64,000 nucleotides of DNA. Origin: an uncultured Candidatus Saccharibacteria bacterium (GTDB lineage: Bacteria; Patescibacteriota; UBA1384; DTJR01). The notes below the pieces were generated by a model. It had not been told where the DNA came from. It worked only from the letters and a program-made list of their open reading frames with translations, and did not search any database. Of the stretch, positions 38,078 to 44,535 are shown piece after piece. Position numbers and translations under genes: made by a program. Position 1 is the stretch's first letter. Every line of letters starts with the position of its first letter. Location of the stretch: assembly GCA_964487045.1 (NCBI GenBank), contig CAZAOT010000001.1, forward strand, positions 4,875 to 68,874. Reading direction: 5' to 3'.

Positions 38078-38204
38078 GATCCCTCTCCCTATGTCAAGTT
38101 TCTTGTGTTTTACAGAATTAGGATATTTTACATCAAAAAACCCACCTTATCAAGGGTGGGCGATCATTATTTGATCAGATCATGATATATTAAATGTCTT
38201 AGTC

Positions 38205-38233
38205 TTGAAAACTTTGCGCATAAGAAGTAGTAT
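38205..38233 (+). promoter_or_regulatory. promoter of tRNA-Arg
   Basis: TTGAAA (38205-38210), 17 nt, then TAGTAT (38228-38233), 11 nt before the mature tRNA 5' end. Confidence 0.55.
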
Positions 38234-38244
38234 TACCCTGATAT

Positions 38245-38321
38245 GCACCCGTAGCTCAGCTGGATAGAGCGTTGGCTTGCGGAGCCAAAGGTCGTAGGTT
38301 CGAATCCTATCGGGTGTACCA
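38245..38321 (+). tRNA. tRNA-Arg (anticodon GCG)
   Basis: 77 nt. Acceptor GCACCCG/CGGGTGT, D arm with A20, anticodon arm TTGGC-TTGCGGA-GCCAA, T arm GTAGG-TTCGAAT-CCTAT, encoded CCA. Its last 6 nt are also the first 6 nt of IR-A. Confidence 0.9.
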
Positions 38322-39776
38322 GTACGGAAATGTCAAATTTTGGGAGTTTGCGCCGCCTGCGGCGGCGACTAAATTGTAGGGAATTTTTGCTTCAAAATGC
38401 CACTTTCGATTCTGTAAGAAATGGTTCGAGCCGATATTTTTGAGAAATGTTAGAATTTCCGAATAATCTTCGGAATTTTTTAGTTTATCTGCTTTGGCAA
38501 GCGATAAAATGAACTCTTTGGCCGGTTCGAGCCAAGACAATCCTTTTTGTTCAAAATCTGTAATTTTTTCGTTAATCTCCAGCTTTTCGCTAAGTAGCTT
38601 TTGTTTTCGCAAAGTATATTCTTCGGTTGTAATGACTTCGCTCAGATATACATCGAGTAATTTTTCAAGCTGTTTCGTAATTTCTTCGAGCTTTACTTTG
38701 AGATTTTGAACAGAAGTTTTAGCCAACGTTCTTGCTTGAGTTTCTTGTTTCTCTAATTCAAACAAAACTTTTTTGGTATCTTGGCTCGACAAAGAAACTT
38801 TTTGTAAATACCCATTTATTTGCTCAACGAGTTTTTCTTCTCGCAGATAATGCTTTTCTTGGCAACCACTTTTCTTTTTTGTGCATCGGTAATAGTTGTG
38901 GCCTTTTTGTATTTCGGCAGTAATCGCACAGCCGCAACTTTTACATTTCATAAGCCCAAGAAAAGCAAAATGATGTTTTTCCTTTTTGCGAGGCTTGCCA
39001 CGATCTTTCAATACTTCTTGGCATTTATCAAAAAGTTTCTTTGGGATTATCGGTTTGTGTTTTCCTTCGTATATTTCGCCGTTATATTTCATTAGCCCAA
39101 TGTAGAAAATATTTTGTAGAATTGAATTGATATTGCTGATAGAAATCCTCTTGTTGAGATTCCCGAATAACATGTCATCTTCCGCCCAATTTGCGAGAGA
39201 ATTAAAGGTATATTTGCCGGTTGAATAGAGCTCAAAAAGCTTTCTGACTTTTCTAACCTTTATTTCGTCGACATCAATATTTCTTGTTCTCGGATTATTT
39301 ATATAGCCAACCGGCGCCCAGCCGGGCCAAACTCCATTTCGTATTTTTTGCCTTAACCCTCGTTTTACATTCTCTCGCAAATTGTCTACAAAATATTTTG
39401 ATTGACCAAAAGCAATGTTCAACATGAAAATCCCTTGAGGTGTTGGTTCAAACCAGAACGAAGGAAAACACAAGGATTTGATTTTCTGCCGGTCTATCAT
39501 GTGGATTATCTTTCCACCGTCTACACTATTTCTTGCTAACCTGTCAGGGTGCCAACTCAAAATCCCTTCCGCCTTTCCTTTTTCGATCAATTCTAACATT
39601 TCAGCGAACTTCGTTCGACCAGGTTCTTTGGCAGTTTTGGCTTCGCACAGCGAAGCGACAATTTCAAGTTTTTCTTTGGCGGCAAATTCCCGAAGCTCAA
39701 CTAGTTGAGCTTCAATCGAAAGAACTTGTCTGTCATCATCTTCAGTACTTTTGCGAGCGTAAATTATGTAGCGCAT
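38307..39776 (-). CDS. large serine recombinase (integrase)
   Basis: 489 aa from the ATG at 39776 (RBS AAAGGAGG).
- MRYIIYARKSTEDDDRQVLSIEAQ resolvase catalytic domain (Ser10).
- Recombinase domain, zinc ribbon CKSCGC...YYRC...C, and a coiled-coil.
- AT-rich.
- The last roughly 36 codons lie in IR-A, and the stop lies inside the tRNA. Confidence 0.9.
   Translation of the reverse strand: MRYIIYARKSTEDDDRQVLSIEAQLVELREFAAKEKLEIVASLCEAKTAKEPGRTKFAEMLELIEKGKAEGILSWHPDRLARNSVDGGKIIHMIDRQKIKSLCFPSFWFEPTPQGIFMLNIAFGQSKYFVDNLRENVKRGLRQKIRNGVWPGWAPVGYINNPRTRNIDVDEIKVRKVRKLFELYSTGKYTFNSLANWAEDDMLFGNLNKRISISNINSILQNIFYIGLMKYNGEIYEGKHKPIIPKKLFDKCQEVLKDRGKPRKKEKHHFAFLGLMKCKSCGCAITAEIQKGHNYYRCTKKKSGCQEKHYLREEKLVEQINGYLQKVSLSSQDTKKVLFELEKQETQARTLAKTSVQNLKVKLEEITKQLEKLLDVYLSEVITTEEYTLRKQKLLSEKLEINEKITDFEQKGLSWLEPAKEFILSLAKADKLKNSEDYSEILTFLKNIGSNHFLQNRKWHFEAKIPYNLVAAAGGANSQNLTFPYWYTR
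38316..38415 (+). repeat. IR-A, left copy (100 bp)
   Basis: Manual base-by-base comparison with the reverse complement of 39817-39916 gives 98/100 identical (mismatches at 38398 and 38407). Contains the palindrome CGCCGCCTGCGGCGGCG. Confidence 0.9.
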
Positions 39777-39816
39777 TTTCCTCCTTTTAATTTCATAAAA
39801 ATTTTCTTTTACAATC

Positions 39817-39916
39817 ACAGAATCAAAAGTGGCAATTTGAAGCAAAAATTCCCTACAATTTAGTCGCCGCCGCAGGCGGCGCAAACTCCCAAAATTTGAC
39901 ATTTCCGTACTGGTAC
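39817..39916 (-). repeat. IR-A, right copy (100 bp, inverted)
   Basis: Reverse complement of 38316-38415 with 2 mismatches. Lies upstream of the recombinase start. Its outer 7 nt (CTGGTAC) are shared with IR-B. Confidence 0.9.
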
Positions 39917-40004
39917 TCTATCCTGAAAATTGTTCGAACGTATTTTGGCCGCGAAGCGGCCGAGAAAACACCCCCGAAAATTCCCGACTGAAATTCTGAA
40001 CTTT
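39910..40004 (+). repeat. IR-B, left copy (95 bp)
   Basis: Manual comparison with the reverse complement of 40970-41064 gives 95/95 identical. Contains the hairpin GGCCGCGAAGCGGCC. Confidence 0.92.
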
Positions 40005-40133
40005 CAAAACTGCCAAAGAATCTGTTTCAAAAATATCGGCTCGAATCCATTAGTTTGTAAAAGAAAATTTTTATTAATTCAATCAGCACTGATTGATTTT
40101 TTATTCTTCTTGGTATATGCTTTTATTCAACAA

Positions 40134-40175
40134 TCGAAAGCAGAAATATTGAGTTTCTCAATTTCCTGCTTTCGA
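40134..40175 (+). promoter_or_regulatory. long imperfect hairpin upstream of the cargo gene
   Basis: TCGAAAGCAGAAATATTGAG, loop TTT, then CTCAATTTCCTGCTTTCGA: a roughly 19-bp stem with small bulges. An alternative CCTGCTT/AAGCAGG stem lies at 40165-40181. Sits about 37 nt before the cargo RBS. Confidence 0.4.
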
Positions 40176-40225
40176 AGCAGGAAAATCTCTGTACAGGCCA
40201 CAAGGCCGTGCAAGGAGTGAGAACA

Positions 40226-40846
40226 TTGTCTAAGGTCAACAGTATCCAGCTCACGTGTCTCAAGCCGAATGACTGTTCCACCCGACTTGCTCTTCCCGAA
40301 GTCACCTACGACTTTCGGGTGTGGGCTATCATCAACGACCTTGAGAAGGCCGTTGAGAAGGCGGGCGGTGCAACGCTCGCAGTCTTCGCGGGTGTTCCGT
40401 GGGAGTACGGGAGCCGCTCGGTCAACTTTCTCAACTATGTGGCCGAGATGGTGGTGAGAACAAACCGCGGCAAAGGGGAATTCATCGGAAGAAGCTATCT
40501 TGCGAGTGGCGGGATGTCACGGCTCGCAAGCTTGATGAAGGACGTTCGGCCAGACGGACAGATCAGAGCTGTGGTCGACCAAATCACGCGAACAATCTGG
40601 TCCGACCAGCCGATCCCGCGCGGTTTGCCCGACAATCTCTGGTACGAGCAGACGGACTACGAGTCGTTCTGCATCAAGTCGGGCAAAGGTGACATCATCA
40701 GGTGGGTTCCCGAGAATCAAGTTCAGGAGGAGCGGACGATGGGATTTCTCCGCTTGGAGTTTGAGGAGCCCTCTGTCAAGCACTTCTGTCAGCTAATTCA
40801 ACAGCTACATCGCTTTCCGGGTGTGGCCGAGTTCGCCAACGGCTAG
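40226..40846 (+). CDS. orphan GC-rich cargo protein of the recombinase element
   Basis: About 206 aa from the TTG at 40226 (AAGGAG 8 nt upstream); GTG at 40208 or 40217 are alternative starts. G/C-ending codon bias. No family recognised. Followed by a terminator. Confidence 0.65.
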   Translation: MSKVNSIQLTCLKPNDCSTRLALPEVTYDFRVWAIINDLEKAVEKAGGATLAVFAGVPWEYGSRSVNFLNYVAEMVVRTNRGKGEFIGRSYLASGGMSRLASLMKDVRPDGQIRAVVDQITRTIWSDQPIPRGLPDNLWYEQTDYESFCIKSGKGDIIRWVPENQVQEERTMGFLRLEFEEPSVKHFCQLIQQLHRFPGVAEFANG

Positions 40847-40869
40847 CTGTAGACCGGAGTACAAGCAAC

Positions 40870-40898
40870 AGGCAGACCAGCAGTGGCCTGCCTTTTTT
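40870..40898 (+). terminator. intrinsic terminator after cargo gene
   Basis: AGGCAGACC pairs with GGCCTGCCT (one mismatch), followed by TTTTTCTT. Confidence 0.6.
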
Positions 40899-40969
40899 CT
40901 TGCCGCCAAAGGAGAAATCTGCTAAGATTTCTCTAGTGAGCGAAGCTCACTAAAAAACTTGAAATTGTC

Positions 40970-41064
40970 AAAGTTCAGAATTTCAGTCGGGAATTTTCGG
41001 GGGTGTTTTCTCGGCCGCTTCGCGGCCAAAATACGTTCGAACAATTTTCAGGATAGAGTACCAG
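40970..41064 (-). repeat. IR-B, right copy (95 bp, inverted)
   Basis: Perfect reverse complement of 39910-40004. Ends with GTACCAG at 41058-41064. Confidence 0.92.
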
Positions 41065-41186
41065 AATAAAATTTGCCCCTCGCGGGCTAATTTTATTATT
41101 TGGGAACCATAGGATTCGAAGGCCGCAGCGAGCGTAGGCGAGCGAGGCGGGGTCGATGAATTTGCCAGCAGGCAAATATCAGTGAC

Positions 41187-41208
41187 CGAATCCTATCGGG
41201 TGTACCAG
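41187..41208 (+). repeat. direct repeat of tRNA-Arg 3' end (att-type site)
   Basis: 22/22 identical to 38301-38322. Followed by hairpin ATATGAC...GTCATAT plus T8 (41210-41248). Confidence 0.85.
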
Positions 41209-41288
41209 AATATGACCCCGCACAAGTGGAGTCATATTTTTTTTATTGATGTTGTTTGATGAGCGGGGTAAAATTAAATAAATAATTA

Positions 41289-41828
41289 ATGGCAAATTAT
41301 ATGAACGAAGATACAAAGCATAAGTTTCTGTTAGCAATTTTGATTATATTGATCATAGTGCTCCTAGGCTTGGTTGGGCTTATCTATAGACAGATTAAGT
41401 CTGCTAGAGACGTGGCAGCTCGAGAGGATGGCTTGGTGTCAAGCTCAGCTACAATCGCTCCTACGGACAATATCAGTGTATCCTACGACTTGGGGTCACC
41501 AAGCAGCGCAAATACGGAGATACTTGATGGCGTTAAGGACGTCGCAAATAGGTTTATGCAAGCCAAAGAAAATCGATCTCTAGAAGAAGCCAAGCCTTAT
41601 ATGACTGAAGATCTATTTAAGTCGACAGCTCAGGAAGAATTCGCTGGAACGTCTAGTCCGTCAATGGATCGATTTGAGGTTAAAAGTGCCCAAGCGGTTA
41701 AGACTCCAAATACTTATGAAGTTGATGTGGTTAGCTACTGGAAATTAAACGGCGAAGATGCCGAAACGGTTAATTATAGTTTGATAGTTATAAAACAAGA
41801 CGAAAATTATCTGGTTAGTAAATTCTAG
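41289..41828 (+). CDS. hypothetical membrane-anchored protein
   Basis: 179 aa with an N-terminal TM helix (FLLAILIILIIVLLGLVGLIY). AT-rich. Confidence 0.65.
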   Translation: MANYMNEDTKHKFLLAILIILIIVLLGLVGLIYRQIKSARDVAAREDGLVSSSATIAPTDNISVSYDLGSPSSANTEILDGVKDVANRFMQAKENRSLEEAKPYMTEDLFKSTAQEEFAGTSSPSMDRFEVKSAQAVKTPNTYEVDVVSYWKLNGEDAETVNYSLIVIKQDENYLVSKF

Positions 41829-41981
41829 TCCTATTATTTTGATAGAGGACCTCTTAGAGCATTTCGGCTCTACTGATTTTGATATATTTTTCTAATATTT
41901 CAAACAACCTTAATTATATCTGGCAACACAAATAATAATTATTTTTTGGCCAAACACAATTAAGGTTGTATTTAAGTTAAC

Positions 41982-42293
41982 TTAGATATTAAACTTGTCT
42001 GCGTACTGTCCAATGATAGGTAACGGCTTTTCTTGTCCTCCAACTGCATTGATTATACCCATAATCCAGAGGATGAAGACGACTAAACCTCCGACGATGG
42101 AGATGATCTGTCCGATCACCGGTATCACATTAATAATGCTTACCGCTATCGAAGCGATGATCAAAACCAAACCTTGCTTGATGTGAAATTTTACAAACGC
42201 ATCGTTCTTCGCATCAGTTAACAAGGGAACCACGATCAAGATACCTAGATAACACAAAACAGCCATTCCAATATTTTTACTTCCTTCGGCCAT
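41982..42293 (-). CDS. DUF4870-type small membrane protein
   Basis: ATG at 42293, preceded by GGTGGGTGA. MAVLCYLGILIVVPLL...KFHIKQGLVLII is typical of DUF4870. Confidence 0.7.
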   Translation of the reverse strand: MAEGSKNIGMAVLCYLGILIVVPLLTDAKNDAFVKFHIKQGLVLIIASIAVSIINVIPVIGQIISIVGGLVVFILWIMGIINAVGGQEKPLPIIGQYADKFNI

Positions 42294-42437
42294 ATTATCA
42301 CCCACCTTTCTTACTAAATTGTAGCAAAAATTCTGATAAGTAAATACCTTTTAAAATTTTGATTATTATGCTTGCTTTAGCGTGGTTTATCTGGTAAAAA
42401 ATGCATATCACGACCATGTTCGAAGGATGGTGAGCAG

Positions 42438-42635
42438 ATGGCCAGGCATATGAGTTGGCGTAAAGGTGGTCGGGCGAGACCCAAGAGGTGTCACCGAGAG
42501 CAACCGGGTCACCCCGATCCGCAAGGTGCCCAGTGGCGTCACGAACGGTACATCGAGCAGATGCGCGCAAGCCTGAAGCCGGGACAGCTTGAGGCCCTTC
42601 AGGCGCTCAGCCACGGTTACCACAGGTACCGATGA
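42438..42635 (+). CDS. possible 65-aa highly basic protein of GC-rich island 5 (could instead be non-coding)
   Basis: ATG preceded by AAGGATGGTGA. Followed by hairpin AGAGTCTC/GAGACTCT (42656-42692) plus a T-rich run. The composition-biased sequence makes coding status uncertain. Confidence 0.35.
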   Translation: MARHMSWRKGGRARPKRCHREQPGHPDPQGAQWRHERYIEQMRASLKPGQLEALQALSHGYHRYR

Positions 42636-42717
42636 ACCACGAGCGCAGTCGTATCCAGAGTCTCAAGCTGGTCTTGTACCGGCGCGAGACTCTTCTTCTT
42701 TAATGATTGATTTTCCG

Positions 42718-43452
42718 TTATTTCTCTTGCCACACTTCTGTGATTACCTGTCTATTTTTTTTGAGGCCCGAACTTAGTGCCCAGCCATCTGCGGTTACAA
42801 ATGCGCATGCGGACTCGCCCCTTCCTCTGGGAATGATTTCTGCAGTTGGGGAAATTGCTCTTACGGATGCGACGGCTTGTTGTAAATCCTTTGTATCAAC
42901 TCGGGGAGAAAAAATAGTGTCGAGAACCTTGAATTGACTTTGCTTTACAGACTCGCCAATATGAGCGATTTGCTTTGCTGGAAGTCGGTATAGGATATGA
43001 CTTAGTAAAATAAAGAACTGGCCATCTTTTTCTAGACGCATCATTAGTGGGCAACAGTCCTTGGCTCTATCAGTATAAGCGCTAACACCACTGTCTGCTG
43101 GTAGAATAACAGCTGCGCTCCAGTTACTTTCATCAATGTAAACAACTTTTCCATCTTTATTTGAAAAAACAGGCATCTCTCCAGAATTATATGATCGAAT
43201 TGTTTGCCCATTCTCATCTTTAATATCCTCTATGGGTCCCTCGATCACAAATTGTTTATCTAAAGTTTCAGTCGGGCCTTCTCCTGAAAATATCATAACT
43301 TTAATGTTGCGGTACTGGTCCAGGATTTTTGCTCTTTTTTGTTCATCGTTAGGATCTTCGGGGGCAGCAGGTGCGCTTGGTATCTCCGTCATACGTTGAT
43401 CGTTAGGGGAAAGATTTTCTGGGTCTATCTGCGAGCGGCTTTCGTTAAGCAT
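42718..43452 (-). CDS. hypothetical protein
   Basis: 244 aa with an acidic, Pro-rich N-terminus. No family recognised. Downstream of tRNA-Ser(UGA) on the same strand. Confidence 0.65.
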   Translation of the reverse strand: MLNESRSQIDPENLSPNDQRMTEIPSAPAAPEDPNDEQKRAKILDQYRNIKVMIFSGEGPTETLDKQFVIEGPIEDIKDENGQTIRSYNSGEMPVFSNKDGKVVYIDESNWSAAVILPADSGVSAYTDRAKDCCPLMMRLEKDGQFFILLSHILYRLPAKQIAHIGESVKQSQFKVLDTIFSPRVDTKDLQQAVASVRAISPTAEIIPRGRGESACAFVTADGWALSSGLKKNRQVITEVWQEK

Positions 43453-43496
43453 AACTAGCCTTTAAACTATTATTTAAAATATGTAATATTCCCTAC

Positions 43497-43586
<90 letters not shown>

Positions 43587-43677
43587 CTCCGTCCTCTATT
43601 CTACGGAATTCTATCTTATTTTAGCAATTATTTCAATCCATTTACTAATTATTTTATATTTCCGCTATCTTTTGCTC

Positions 43678-43706
43678 TTGATTGTATGGGTATATTCTAG
43701 TATTAT
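43678..43706 (+). promoter_or_regulatory. sigma70-type promoter of GC-rich island 6
   Basis: TTGATT (43678-43683), exactly 17 nt, then TATTAT (43701-43706). Confidence 0.6.
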
Positions 43707-43750
43707 GACGTGACGAGAATTCGCGTTCATTACAGAGGAGAGAGTGCCAT

Positions 43751-44179
43751 ATGTGTAAGAAACTGATATTTGCTAGTACGCTGGCACCGAAACTCTACTG
43801 CTTGTGCACACCGAGTGAGGAGTTGCTGGAGGTCTTGCTTGAGCGTGCCAAGGACGATGAGTGTCGCGCCGAGCCACTTATGGTGGCCGAACAGGAGATC
43901 GAGTTCGGGCCAGCCAACTATCTTTATGACGAGGCCCGCATGCGCGTCTGTGAGGCTAGTGCAGGCATGGCTACGGTCATGATCCAGGTCGGTAGTCATG
44001 CTGATGGAATTCGATCAGTGCTTGTGCCTGTTGGCGAGAAGGAGGGTGATGACGAAGCCCTGCCTGAAGGGGCTTTGATGCCAGGTATCGGTTGCCCGAT
44101 GGAATGTCTGCTGGGCCTGGGGCTGTTTTGTCTCGTGATCAAAGGCGGCATTTGCGCCGTCCATTATCTGCTCGGCTAA
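43751..44179 (+). CDS. orphan Cys-rich protein with C-terminal TM helix (GC-rich island 6)
   Basis: 142 aa. RBS GAGGAGAGAG. C-terminus GIGCPMECLLGLGLFCLVIKGGICAVHYLLG. Confidence 0.6.
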   Translation: MCKKLIFASTLAPKLYCLCTPSEELLEVLLERAKDDECRAEPLMVAEQEIEFGPANYLYDEARMRVCEASAGMATVMIQVGSHADGIRSVLVPVGEKEGDDEALPEGALMPGIGCPMECLLGLGLFCLVIKGGICAVHYLLG

Positions 44180-44200
44180 TGGCCGGGAGGGGAGTACAGC

Positions 44201-44512
44201 ATGTCTTTGTTTGGCAAAAAGGGAGAGCCGAAGCCGCCTAAGGTGAGGAAGGAGCGCAAGCCGCGCGCTCCGATCACCAAGGAGCGAGTCTTTGAAGGGT
44301 TGTTGGCTTTTGGCCGCAACCTGTTGCTGGTAGTGACCGTCGTAGGCATCTTGGCGCTCTCGGCGCTCGTCTACGTCCTGTTCCAGAAGATCGGCGGCGG
44401 CAGTAGCGACCCAGCAACGAAGAACCTGATTCTCGTCGCGACTGCGATGACGGCCGGAGGCGGCTTTTTCACGCTCTGGCTCGGCCGCACCTGGGGCATC
44501 ATCCCGTACTAG
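44201..44512 (+). CDS. orphan two-TM protein with Lys/Arg-rich N-terminus (GC-rich island 6)
   Basis: 103 aa. RBS GGGAGGGGAG lies 6 nt upstream of the ATG. Followed by a strong terminator. Confidence 0.65.
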   Translation: MSLFGKKGEPKPPKVRKERKPRAPITKERVFEGLLAFGRNLLLVVTVVGILALSALVYVLFQKIGGGSSDPATKNLILVATAMTAGGGFFTLWLGRTWGIIPY

Positions 44513-44535
44513 GGCTGATGCCTGCGAGCATCTTT

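Larger units (their letters stand above)
38316..41208. mobile_element. integrative element with large serine recombinase inserted at the 3' end of tRNA-Arg
   Basis: The 22-bp tRNA 3' end CGAATCCTATCGGGTGTACCAG (38301-38322) is repeated directly at 41187-41208. GTACCAG core copies lie at 38316, 39910 (inverted), 41058 and 41202. The right end could be 41064 or 41208. Confidence 0.8.

Noticed and set aside
39777-39902. 42-codon N-terminal extension of the recombinase ORF in the track
   Set aside because: The extension is just IR-A read in frame. A strong AAAGGAGG RBS precedes the Met at 39776, which starts the canonical MRYIIYARKST resolvase N-terminus.
39930-41175. 96-aa (+) ORF 39930-40220 and 66-aa (-) ORF 40975-41175
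   Set aside because: The 96-aa ORF begins inside the left IR-B copy. The 66-aa ORF only ends within the right copy. Both are AT/GC-mixed with no RBS, and both cross hairpins and the att core.
37126-42430. Shared 11-mer TGTTCGAAGGA at about 37131 and about 42417 (and TTGTTCGAA in IR-B) as a possible cassette boundary signal
   Set aside because: In 64 kb, hundreds of 11-mer coincidences are expected by chance, and there is no extended similarity around them.
42400-42700. RNase P RNA (because of GAGAGCAACCGGG resembling the conserved GAGAGCAAACCGCC block)
   Set aside because: The obligatory GAGGAAAGTCC and ACAGAAnnCGGCTTA conserved regions are absent on both strands, and 300 nt is too short.
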